From IMG/VR virus record IMGVR_UViG_3300044512_000064, positions 1 through 29,686 of that record: DNA of 29,686 bases; one strand, given 5' to 3'. The notes below the pieces were generated by a model. It searched no databases and was not told where the DNA came from. It was given only the letters and a program-made list of their open reading frames with translations. Positions 1-10,100 of this stretch are shown here, in pieces. Position 1 is the stretch's first letter. Each line of letters begins with the position of its first letter. This DNA is from a virus. Lineage: Duplodnaviria; Caudoviricetes. Made by a program: the position numbers and the translations under genes.

Positions 1-1016
1 GTTTTAATATCAGTGCTTGCAAGCCCCTCGCCTTTAGGTTCTTGCGTTCCAGGTGCCTTTGCTGCAGCTTCATCGTCTTTAATGTCACCTACAAGCTGAC
101 CGTATGTAGTCTTGAACTTGTCAGTCAATAGAGGGTTATTGGTTATAGACCCTGCATAAGCATCTTCTGTTTGCTGAATTGTAGCTAGTAGACTGCTGTT
201 GTAGGAAAGACCAGACATACCTAAATACTCTGCCATAGCTCCTGATGGGTCTGTTTTAAGGTCTTCCTGAATACGTAAAAGTTCAGTACGTACACCCTGT
301 AAAGTCTGTTTAACTTCACTGTCAGGGTCTTTATCTATACGCTGTCCTATTTCTTCTAGTTCATACGCTATAAAGTTATCAGCTTCTTGACTTATAGCGG
401 CTCTGTATGCTAGGTTCTCTTTATACCCACGAGCTTTAGGTGGAAGCTTAACACCCATAGGCTTACCTGCCCCAGGTCCAGCACTACCCATAATACGATA
501 GATGTCTGAGCCTGTGTAGCCATCAATGTACATATCATTCAGTACATCATCTTCCATCATAGAAGCGTCTAGCCCTAGCATAGCACCAAAGATATTACGC
601 TTACGTGCAACTGGGTCTTTCGTACTCTTGTACAGACCATAAGCACGTTTAACTACAGTTGATAGGTCTTCGTCTGGGTTATCCTTTACGAAGTCTTTAG
701 CTGAAGCTTCAATCTCTTTGATGTCTTTCTCTGTTAAGTCTGTACGCTTAGAGATTTGATCAGCAAACTCAACCATAGAACGCACACCGTTGTTGGCAGC
801 GATGCTAGTTACATACTCTTTAGAGAAGCCTCGGTTCATAAGCGTGTTAGCTACACCCAGCGCTGCATTAGCTTTATCTTCACGCTCCATTACAGCACGA
901 GTACCATATGTCTGAATGTAGTCACGGCGTTTAGCTGCAGCATCACGGTAATACTTACGATCTTCTTCGATTAGTTGGGCTAGCGTAGTGCCAAACCCTG
1001 CCATAAAACCTGCCAT
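1..1016 (-). CDS. Internal virion/ejection protein (partial, runs off the window's left edge)
   Basis: Missing from the ORF track because it has no stop in the window. ATG at 1016 lies 4 nt after the upstream stop. The frame is open to the edge (MAGFMAGFGTTLAQLIEEDRKYYRDAAAKRR...). The amphipathic G/F N-terminus and position after other internal proteins fit podovirus ejection proteins. Confidence 0.7.
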   Translation of the reverse strand, partial: MAGFMAGFGTTLAQLIEEDRKYYRDAAAKRRDYIQTYGTRAVMEREDKANAALGVANTLMNRGFSKEYVTSIAANNGVRSMVEFADQISKRTDLTEKDIKEIEASAKDFVKDNPDEDLSTVVKRAYGLYKSTKDPVARKRNIFGAMLGLDASMMEDDVLNDMYIDGYTGSDIYRIMGSAGPGAGKPMGVKLPPKARGYKENLAYRAAISQEADNFIAYELEEIGQRIDKDPDSEVKQTLQGVRTELLRIQEDLKTDPSGAMAEYLGMSGLSYNSSLLATIQQTEDAYAGSITNNPLLTDKFKTTYGQLVGDIKDDEAAAKAPGTQEPKGEGLASTDIK

Positions 1017-1020
1017 ACTC

Positions 1021-1593
1021 TTAACCTTTCGCCATCAAGCCACGTGGTTCTTGTGGCATAGTTTCTTCTTCTTGCATCATCATAGGCTCAGCTTCTGCTT
1101 CGATGTCTTCGTCTTGCGGTTCTTCTTCATCAGTCATCATATCAGCAGTCTGCTGCATCATCTCAACACCAGCGTCCATCTCATCAGCTTCATCAATCTT
1201 CTTACGTAGTAGCGTTAAGATTTCTTGTTCTTCTTTTTCTTTAATATCAATTTTAGAAGGTTCATCACCAGTAACGTAATCAATACCAGCCTCCTCAGCG
1301 ATGCTAATAAGCTCTTCTTTGATGACATCACCAATGATAAGGCTTACATCTACAGAGTGAATACCTTCCATCTGTGCTGTAGTAAGTGCAGTCTTAGACA
1401 AAGCATTAACAGGTATGCCTATCTGTAGCATCTCAATAATGTTGTCGAGTGCTTCTGGTCTGTTAATACCATCAATGTGAAATTTGATAGCCTCACGAGG
1501 ATCAGTAATCTCTGCTGGTCTTTCCCAAGGGTAGTTCTTAGGTGTATCTGTAAGTGACTGCCCAGGAATAGGGGCGCTGAATACGTCTGCCAT
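1021..1593 (-). CDS. Acidic hypothetical virion-associated protein
   Basis: 190-aa ORF tightly packed in the operon. N-terminal FSAPIPGQSLT..PWERP, acidic tail ending RGLMAKG. Function inferred only from location. Confidence 0.6.
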   Translation of the reverse strand: MADVFSAPIPGQSLTDTPKNYPWERPAEITDPREAIKFHIDGINRPEALDNIIEMLQIGIPVNALSKTALTTAQMEGIHSVDVSLIIGDVIKEELISIAEEAGIDYVTGDEPSKIDIKEKEEQEILTLLRKKIDEADEMDAGVEMMQQTADMMTDEEEPQDEDIEAEAEPMMMQEEETMPQEPRGLMAKG

Positions 1594-1607
1594 TATTGTG
1601 TCCTACT

Positions 1608-2450
1608 TTAAAATGCGTCTATGATAGCGTTGTAGTACTTTGTGCCCTTAGTACCGAAAGCATCTCTACCTTCTACGCCAGTGTTCAACCAGTCACGTGC
1701 ACCTTTCCATCCTTGGTTGTGTGCATATGCTAATACAGCTAGTTTTTCTTCTGTTGGTAAGGCTCTGTACTTAGAAGAGTTCTGTGTTAGGTAGCTATGG
1801 TTCTGCGCTGTGTAAGCTGCTACAGCTTCTTCTTGAAGCGCTGGGTCATTACGGAACTTCTGTCGTGATGCTTTATCGTGGCCTAGATCATAACCAAGTA
1901 TCTTGCTAGCGTCTGCTTTAGCCATCTCACCCATCTGATAGTAACCATCGTAGTGATCACCTGAGCCGCCTACTTTATTGTAAGTGTTAGAAGATTCGAT
2001 AAACCCAACCTTGTCTCTATAGATGTCCCACATCTCACCAGTGATGCCGATGTTTTCTTCTACTATACTTTTAGCTTTAGTTAAAGCATTTTTTAATTCA
2101 GGGGTTTTAGGTGTAGCTGGTCTTTCACCTGAGCTATAATCGTACTGTGTATCTGCAGAGTCTATCATACGTTGGGCCTGTTCGTCAACCCCAAATTCGT
2201 AATCATCTAAGCGTGTCTCATCTACTGTCGATTTGAGGTAATCCATAGTAGCACGTTCATCACGCATAGTAGATAATAAATCACTAATATAGGTAGGCAA
2301 ATCATAGTCAGGGTCTTCGCCTACGCCTAGACTTGGCCTTTGTTGAGACATAAGACCTCTAGTTGTTGCGACTGATTGCTCTGAGGTAGGCACACTAGTT
2401 GCTGCACCTACAATAATATCTGCTAAACCTGGTTCATTATTGTTTGCCAT
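1608..2450 (-). CDS. Virion-associated lysozyme-like / lytic transglycosylase domain protein
   Basis: The C-terminal half has the lysozyme-fold pattern IESS (catalytic Glu) ... GYYQMG ... LAYAHNQG. It lies among internal virion genes. Confidence 0.7.
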   Translation of the reverse strand: MANNNEPGLADIIVGAATSVPTSEQSVATTRGLMSQQRPSLGVGEDPDYDLPTYISDLLSTMRDERATMDYLKSTVDETRLDDYEFGVDEQAQRMIDSADTQYDYSSGERPATPKTPELKNALTKAKSIVEENIGITGEMWDIYRDKVGFIESSNTYNKVGGSGDHYDGYYQMGEMAKADASKILGYDLGHDKASRQKFRNDPALQEEAVAAYTAQNHSYLTQNSSKYRALPTEEKLAVLAYAHNQGWKGARDWLNTGVEGRDAFGTKGTKYYNAIIDAF

Positions 2451-2461
2451 ATTATTTTACC

Positions 2462-5400
2462 TTATACAATATTTCCAGCGCCGCCTGTAGCCATATAGTT
2501 AAGTGCACCCTTGAGTAGTGTGGCACCCAGTATACCTTTTCCTTGCTGGTCTGCATATGCAGCTTTAGCTTCAGCGTTCATTTCTGCTAACAGTACCTCA
2601 GACATACGTGCTGCAGCATTCTCAGCAGACGTAAATGCAAAGCTCATAATGTCACGCTCACGTTGCCAGTACGCATCTAGGTTAGTAGATGTAAATGCAT
2701 TCATAGTTTTAGCGAAGTTCATATTGCTTTCGTTCTGCGCTGCAGTATTAAGCGTGGCAATGTTTTGTCTCCACTGAGCATTAGCTTGTGCAACTACAAG
2801 ACCATTCTGTGCATTGAACAAGTCACGCTGTTGCTGTAGCTCTGAGTTAAACTCACGTAGAGCATTAACACTATTCACGTTGAACTGATCCATAGCGTTC
2901 TGCTGTGCTGCATTGAACTGAGATGTTTGAGATGACAGGTTAGCAAAGAACTGATTAGTCTGATTCTCACTTGTAGCGTTAAACTGTTCAGCAGCATTCT
3001 CAGCAGCTTGATCTGTAAACAAAGCTTGAATGTTTTGCTGTGCCTTGAACATAGCAGTCTGTTGCTCATTGTTAAGGTTAGCCATATCCATCTGCAAGAA
3101 GTTCTGAGCATTCTGTACAGCAGCTTGTTGACGGTTGTTCAAGTTAGCCATATCTAACTGAGACAATGCAGCAGCTTCTGCCATCACCATAGCTTGACGG
3201 TTAGACAGGTTATTCAAGTTCATCGTGTTTGCAGCACGAGAGTTCTCTAACGCAATGTTTTGCTCAGCAGTAAAGTTCATATTGGCAATGTCACCAATAC
3301 GTGCTGAGTTCTGCACACGAGCTTGGAATGCTTGATCAAACTCTTGACCTAAGAACTGAGCACGTTGTTGTGCTGCCATCATTGCACGTTGCTGACGGTT
3401 AGACAAGTTCTGTGATTCAAACTGTGCCATAGTCTGAGCATCCATCTGAGCGATAGGTAGCGCAGCTTCCATAGTAGCTTGAATAACAGCCTGACCTGCT
3501 AAACTAGACGCACCTAAACCACGAGCAGCTAGTGTCTGCATCGCTGTACGCATAGACCCAGCAGCCCAAGCAGGTGTTGCTCCTCCTTCAAACTGCTGCA
3601 TAAGACTTTCTAGTTGCCCAGCTACAGTAGCTTGTTTAGAAGGAGTAGCTGTTGCTGCTTGTATCTGTTCGTTAAACTGTGCAGCTTTCTCTGCATCAGC
3701 TACACCAGAGATAATCTCTCCTTGTTGAATCTCTCTAGCAGCAGGAGCATTGACCATAGTGGCTGTACCCTGTGCAGCTTCCATACCTGACACAGACGTA
3801 GTAAGCTGTTGCTGTGCATCTACTTGTGCTTGAGGTGATACAGTACCAGTTTGTGCTTGTAGTGCATCAGTCTCAGCTTGAATGCTAGGCGCAGCTGTAA
3901 TAGCACCCATAGTAGCTGGAGCAGCCATCATAGGCATCTGAGCTTGTTGTACAGTACCAACTGTAGCGGCTTGTGCCATAGGGGATACAGTAGCAGCTTG
4001 ACCTGCAGTAGGTGCAATAAAGTCAGCCGCTTCAGGTTGAATGTATTGAACAGCTGATTGTTGAGGAGTTATAGTTTGACCAATAAGGTCTTTAGTTTGT
4101 GTGGCTAACTCTGTAGCAAAGGACGGATCAATAGAAGTACCAGGTTGTACGTCTATACCTTCAGCAGCGTACAATACAGCACCGCCTTTGTTCATAGCTA
4201 CACCGATAGCACGAGCCTTAGCTTTAAGTGCGTCACTGCTATTGAAGAATGCTTTAAGTGCATTACCTGATTTAGGGCCTTTATAGCCGTTCATCTTAGC
4301 AATAGTAAATAGAGCCTCTGTTTCAGATTGACCTACGTCACCACCTTTAGCTTGACCTTGTGTAGGAGTATAACCAGGAGGTACATAAGTAATAGGGTTA
4401 CCTTGACCATCTACTGTGACAGTAATACGCTGTCCAAACTGGTTACCATATGTACGCTGCCCACCAAATCCTTTCTGTGATTGTGATGTAAGGTTAGGAA
4501 TTGTTGTACCTGTATAGTCTGATACTGCTTGTATAGTTTGTGGTACAGTACCTATACCTGCAGTTTGTAAAGGTACACCCATAGTACCACTAACAGGAGC
4601 TTGTGGGTATACACCTGTACCTGTAATGCCTGTAGCAACAGGTTGCCCAGTCACAGTAGTAGGTGTAGGGGTATAAGGTGTAGTGCTTACTGGTACAGCT
4701 TCTGCAGCTTGTGGAGTGCCTGTGTAAGTAGGCTGTGTTACTTCTGTAGTAGTACCTACAGCAGGGGCTTCTGGTGCTGTAATAGTTTGCTCTACTACTC
4801 CTGTAGTTTCACCTGGTGTAGCAGCTTTAGGTTTACCTAAACCTGAAACAATCTTAAAAGGATCAATGAAAGGTGCAACTCCAGTAGTAAACTCCATATC
4901 CCACATAGACTCAAAACCAACCCAAGGGTTATATGAAGCCGATAGAGTGTCAAACGCATTTTGATACCTAGACAGTACATCTGAACCCATTGCTTGTGAT
5001 GCAGCTTCAATCCAAGACGCATCACGAACACCAAAGTTTTGCAATGTAGTAGACATCAGATTAGCGTTTGAACTTAAGCCAGTAAGTACTGTTCCGTTAC
5101 CACCGACAACGTACAGTGCTGGGGGTAATTCTTCAGGTTGTCCGTTTGCGTCTAGTATAGTGTTACCATCTTCGTCTGTTCTGTAGCCGCCTGATTGATA
5201 CTTGACTGTAGTGCCACCGTACATTTGTGATGTAGCGATCTGAGCAGCAACAACTGGGTTATCTGAAGCCATAATAGCTCCCCAGTCACGTGTGTCTTTA
5301 TTGCTACCTACAGAACCATATAAAAGTGCAACACTCTGATTAGTGTACTTAGTCCACTCAGACAATTCCATAGTACCATACAACTGCTCTACAGGAACAC

Positions 5401-5803
5401 CTGCAATTAGTTCAGTCATTTCACGGCTGTTAGGCTTACGTGGGTTACCTTGTTTAACGGAATGGACATAACCACTTAAATAGTCATCATCTACCCATTT
5501 AGGAATAGCGATACCGTCTACGACACGCCCTTCTCTCTGGCCTACGTACTGAGCATATTCATCTTGCACTTGTAAGCCAGAGCTTGATGTACCTGTTTGG
5601 TTTTGCCCTTGTGAATCAACAGAAGTACCTGAATTATTAGGTGCATCTATAACACTGCCTATACGATCACCATACGCATCTTTCAATGCTTTTACGGCAT
5701 CAGGAGCAGCACTGCTAGGAGTAACTTTATGACTACCACCGCCTGGGAAGTTAATAGTAGCAGTACCGTCTGCATTTTTTTCTATTGTTAATTCACCTGC
5801 CAT
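2462..5803 (-). CDS. Large internal virion / DNA ejection protein
   Basis: 1113 aa. T/P-rich linker, then a long Q/A/N/M-rich helical C-terminal region with NLxNRQ/QFNA repeats and a G-rich hydrophobic end, typical of pilot/ejection proteins. Confidence 0.7.
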   Translation of the reverse strand: MAGELTIEKNADGTATINFPGGGSHKVTPSSAAPDAVKALKDAYGDRIGSVIDAPNNSGTSVDSQGQNQTGTSSSGLQVQDEYAQYVGQREGRVVDGIAIPKWVDDDYLSGYVHSVKQGNPRKPNSREMTELIAGVPVEQLYGTMELSEWTKYTNQSVALLYGSVGSNKDTRDWGAIMASDNPVVAAQIATSQMYGGTTVKYQSGGYRTDEDGNTILDANGQPEELPPALYVVGGNGTVLTGLSSNANLMSTTLQNFGVRDASWIEAASQAMGSDVLSRYQNAFDTLSASYNPWVGFESMWDMEFTTGVAPFIDPFKIVSGLGKPKAATPGETTGVVEQTITAPEAPAVGTTTEVTQPTYTGTPQAAEAVPVSTTPYTPTPTTVTGQPVATGITGTGVYPQAPVSGTMGVPLQTAGIGTVPQTIQAVSDYTGTTIPNLTSQSQKGFGGQRTYGNQFGQRITVTVDGQGNPITYVPPGYTPTQGQAKGGDVGQSETEALFTIAKMNGYKGPKSGNALKAFFNSSDALKAKARAIGVAMNKGGAVLYAAEGIDVQPGTSIDPSFATELATQTKDLIGQTITPQQSAVQYIQPEAADFIAPTAGQAATVSPMAQAATVGTVQQAQMPMMAAPATMGAITAAPSIQAETDALQAQTGTVSPQAQVDAQQQLTTSVSGMEAAQGTATMVNAPAAREIQQGEIISGVADAEKAAQFNEQIQAATATPSKQATVAGQLESLMQQFEGGATPAWAAGSMRTAMQTLAARGLGASSLAGQAVIQATMEAALPIAQMDAQTMAQFESQNLSNRQQRAMMAAQQRAQFLGQEFDQAFQARVQNSARIGDIANMNFTAEQNIALENSRAANTMNLNNLSNRQAMVMAEAAALSQLDMANLNNRQQAAVQNAQNFLQMDMANLNNEQQTAMFKAQQNIQALFTDQAAENAAEQFNATSENQTNQFFANLSSQTSQFNAAQQNAMDQFNVNSVNALREFNSELQQQRDLFNAQNGLVVAQANAQWRQNIATLNTAAQNESNMNFAKTMNAFTSTNLDAYWQRERDIMSFAFTSAENAAARMSEVLLAEMNAEAKAAYADQQGKGILGATLLKGALNYMATGGAGNIV

Positions 5804-5815
5804 AATACTTTACCT

Positions 5816-6070
5816 TTACTTACCCATCGTCATCCATACCGCACCTGCAATAAATGTCAGGACTCCAACGGTAGCTAATTTTACTACTGTAGACCAGATA
5901 GACTTACGAGTATCACGCCATGCTTCCAACAAGCTACGCATCTCTGTAATGTCTTTATGTGCATCATCATCAAGTAAGCCGATAGAACGTAGGGCTTCTT
6001 TAGCCCCACGCCTAGCTGCACGATCTAGCATATCTTCTATTTCTTCTGGAGAAAGTTTGATGTCACTCAT
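5816..6070 (-). CDS. DUF6127-like small protein with C-terminal transmembrane helix
   Basis: AARRGAKEALRSIGL.D..A..DI.EMRSLLEAWR pattern recalled from DUF6127 of alphaproteobacterial phages, plus a hydrophobic C-terminal segment. Confidence 0.65.
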   Translation of the reverse strand: MSDIKLSPEEIEDMLDRAARRGAKEALRSIGLLDDDAHKDITEMRSLLEAWRDTRKSIWSTVVKLATVGVLTFIAGAVWMTMGK

Positions 6071-6118
6071 AGTTTAACTCATAAGAGTTTAAGTTAAATT
6101 TATTGGTCTTATCCACTA

Positions 6119-7132
6119 TTAACTCCGTGAAATATATTCGACATAAATTACGCCTTGACCACCCTTGCCATAATGAGCAGTAGTACTCCAAAATGGTGCG
6201 CCACCGCCTCCACCAAGGCCACCCATACCACCTTTTTGCTGTGCGCCGCCGCCGCCACCAAATACTCCACCGTTTTGACCTACACCATCACTGTTATTCA
6301 AGGATTGAGGACCACCGCCACCTCCTATTCCTGCAGGTAAAGTGTCAGTATGTTGGTAACCATTTGGGTCTCTTGTTTTTTGAAAACCACCGCCCCGTCC
6401 CCATTCGCTTATAAAGTCAAAACCCACCACACCATCTGGTTTACCTCCTGACGCAGGTCCACCCATGCACCATTGAAAGGCGTTTTGGTTAAAAGTATAA
6501 CCACTTCCGCTTGTGCCGCCAAAGGTAGGCCCACCTGATCCACCCCCACCCGTAAAGGCTACATAACTAGTGTTTACATTGTTATCGGCTTGAGCAGCAG
6601 CGCCACCAACTCCAGCTCCACCCGCAAACGCAGCACCGTTGTAAATCCTCACACTTCCACCTTGATAAGCAGTTCCTGTGAGGTTTACAGCACCCCCTCC
6701 TGCACCACCATCATTATTTCCATTCGCATCACCACCTCGACCACCAGTATAATTTACATCGCCCCCTGATGCTGTTCCACCTGCCGAACCTGAGTTTCCT
6801 GACACACCAGATCCACCATTTGCAGTGAGTGTATTTGTCCCATCTGTTGCAGAGGAGTTGCCACCTGCTCCACCGTTTGCAGTGTTTTGCGCCCCTACAG
6901 TCATATTCCAAGAAGTACCTGTAGAAAGTGTGACAAGTTTTCTGGAATAACCACCAGCACCAGCACCTACCTTATAAATACTATTTGCGTTTCCACCTGC
7001 TCCTATAACGTGAATATAGGCTTCACCATCAAAAGGTGGCGACCACGTAGCGTTACTAGATAGAAACGTAAAATGCGGCAGATAAACTGCACCGCCGCCA
7101 CCGCCACCAAAAAATGTACTTGTTGTACCCAT
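6119..7132 (-). CDS. Glycine-rich tail-associated (putative receptor-binding) protein
   Basis: 337 aa with many GGxGG runs. The VIGAGG...GAGGY...TVGA...TLTANGG...GGQGVIYVEY layout is that of phage glycine-rich (polyglycine) domains. Directly follows the tail fibre. Confidence 0.75.
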   Translation of the reverse strand: MGTTSTFFGGGGGGAVYLPHFTFLSSNATWSPPFDGEAYIHVIGAGGNANSIYKVGAGAGGYSRKLVTLSTGTSWNMTVGAQNTANGGAGGNSSATDGTNTLTANGGSGVSGNSGSAGGTASGGDVNYTGGRGGDANGNNDGGAGGGAVNLTGTAYQGGSVRIYNGAAFAGGAGVGGAAAQADNNVNTSYVAFTGGGGSGGPTFGGTSGSGYTFNQNAFQWCMGGPASGGKPDGVVGFDFISEWGRGGGFQKTRDPNGYQHTDTLPAGIGGGGGPQSLNNSDGVGQNGGVFGGGGGAQQKGGMGGLGGGGGAPFWSTTAHYGKGGQGVIYVEYISRS

Positions 7133-7147
7133 TGTATTTCCCTTTCT

Positions 7148-10100
7148 TTACGAGAACGCCCAGCCGATGGTTGCATCGACATATCTCAGCGATAGTACGA
7201 GGTAGGCTGTGTCTATTGTTAAGTCTGATGCATCACCCATAATGTTTGAGCCGTTGCGTCCGATAACGCAGTCTGTGTTACCAGCCACTTCACTAATACG
7301 AACTTCGTCACCTACGCTTGGGGATGCTGGAAGCGTAAGGGTTACTGTTGCAGCGTTTAGATAGTAGTGATTATTAGCGGATGCTGTTGTGTTGCTTGTG
7401 ACTACGTTTGTTGCGAAGCCGATACCTGTAAGCCCTGAACCGTCACCGCTAATAGCTCCTGTTACGGTTAAGTTGCCATTAATTTGTGCGCCACCAGTTG
7501 TAGTCTCTATCTTCGCGCTACCTGCGTGATGCATTTTAGTTGAGCCGCCGAGCGTTCCGAGGAACATCCATTGATTATCTAAGTCATTAAAGATACCAGC
7601 AGCAGTGTTATTCTCGTGCATAAAGACAACACGACCACCAATGCTATAACCTTCATACCCACCGTGCGCACCGCCATCAATTTGGACTGAACCATAATCG
7701 CCAGTGACAGGTTGGAAGTAACCATTACCGCTGTCGCCTAGACGTACACCTGTGGTGTCGATTGTAATTTCGTTTGAGCCACCCGCTTGCATATAAATTA
7801 TGTCTGTGCCGAACTCTAAACGAGTATTTGAATCTCCATTGTGGTAGATGCTTTGACCTACATACAAATCATTAAACGTGGGACTAGATGTTGTTGTTAC
7901 AGCTTGGTTTAGATAGCTGCTGAACTGGTTGCCATCCCATAGGTCAGCATCTAAGCCCGACCCAGAGCCATCTACAGTTTTGATCTTAGTTAGAACATCA
8001 GACGCAGTGTAAGACGAACTTGGTAGTTTTGCATCAAGTGCAGTCTGCAAGCCATCTACGTTTGAGATAACGTGGTTGTGGCTGTCATCTGCAACTGTAA
8101 CTGTAAGAGTTGCATTTCCGAGGTTAGTAAATGTAGCAGAACCAGATGCATCGCCTGCAAGTGTTAGTGTTGGATCAGCAGTGGCTGTTGTTGCAATAGA
8201 CACGTTACCTAAGTTGGTCATTGTGCCTGAGCCAGTAACTGCACCTGTCAAAGTGATAGTAGGATCAGATGTAGCCGTTGTTGCGATGCTTACGTTTCCA
8301 GAGCCATCAAATGATGTAGTACCTGTTACAGCACCCGTTAGTGTAATGTCACGTGCTGTCTCTAAAGCTGTAGCTGTAGCTGCATTACCTGTAGTGTCTG
8401 CTGCAATAGTAGAGTTAAGATTAAACGTTGTTCCGCTTAATGTCAAGTCTGTTCCTGCAGTATATACGGCTGTTTCAGCAATAACAGTAAATGTAATGTT
8501 AGTAGTACCAAATGTAATAGTACCACTAGTATTCATCACATATAGCTCACCTGCACCTGTGTCACCTTCTTTAACGAAGAATGCATCACCCTCACCAAAG
8601 GCGTTGGGGTCTGATACACCATAACTATCTGCGTCTGTAGCACGAGTAAGAACCCAGTTAGTGCTTGCAGAACCTACGTTGGTAACTGTGTAGATACCAT
8701 TATGTGCAGCATTAGTTTGATTATAAACAAGTACACGATCTGCAGAGCTAAGAGTTACACCATCAATAACTAAAGCTGCCTGAGTACCTGCATTAGTAAG
8801 TGTAGCACCTACGCCAGACGTACCGTTGTCATACGTAGCATTAAGGTTGCTAGGTGACTCAACACGTACTGGATCGTGATAGTGAATACCTGCAGCAGCA
8901 ATCGTATCAACATACTCTTTTGTAGCAGCCCCAAGTGCTGTCGTAGGATCAGCATTCAGGATCAAGTTACCTGTCATTGTCCCGCCAGACTTAGGTAGTG
9001 CAGCGTCAGCAGTTGCACCTTGTGCTGCTGTAGCGTAATCTGATGAACTAAAGGCTTTTACTTGATCAAGGTTTGTCACCTCACTGTCCATTAAAGCACC
9101 AGCAGCGGTAACATTAGCTGTATCAGTTACGTCAGCATTAGTTTCAACTGTGTCTAACTTAGTACCATCTGCAGCTACATCACGTCCATCAACAGTACCG
9201 CTAAGAGTTACATTACCTGTTATGTTGACGTTACCAGTACCTGTAATGTCTTGACTATTTAAGTCTAAATCACCGCCTAGCTGTGGTGAAGTATCGTCAG
9301 AAAGCTGCGTAAGAGCGTCACCTAATGTAAAAGCTGCTGCATCCCAAGTAGAACCATTCCAAACAAACAACTTACTTGTAGAACTATTCCAATATAAAGC
9401 ACCTGTTAATAGTGCATCACCGTCATTGTCTACAGTAGGCGCTGAAGTCTTACTGCCTAAGTAACGATCATCAAAGTCATCGTATGAGGCTGCAGCATTA
9501 GCTTCACTTGTAGCAGCATTACTTGCTGATGTTGCTGCACTAGTAGCTGAAGTAGCTGCAGCAGCAGCACTAGTAGCAGCATCTGTAGCACTACTTAGAA
9601 TACTATCAACATACGTTTTGTTTGTCAAGTCCGAAGAGTTTGTAGGCGTGTATGTAGTTGTAATTTTATTGGCACCCATATCAATGGCACCAGTCATAGT
9701 ACCACCTGATAGGTTTAATTTAGTAGCATCCTGTGTGTCTACATACGCTTTGGTGGCAGCATCTTGGTTAGCTGTAGGGTCACCCATACCTGTGATCTTA
9801 GAGGTACCCATAGCTATAGCACCACTCATAGTGCCACCAGCTAGGTTTAGCTTTAGATCATCTTGAGTATCAACATATCCTTTACGAGTAAGTGTGTCTG
9901 CAGTAACAGGTGTAGCTGTAGATGTAGCCTTGTTAGTACCAAGAGTTAAATCGCCACTAAGAGTACCTCCAGTCAAGTTTAACTTCAAAGCATCTTGAGT
10001 ATCAACATATCCTTTACGAGATAGTGTATCATCTGTGGCAGGATTGGCAGTTGATGTAGCTTTATTAGCACCTAGTGAAATATCACCAGTCATTGTGCCG

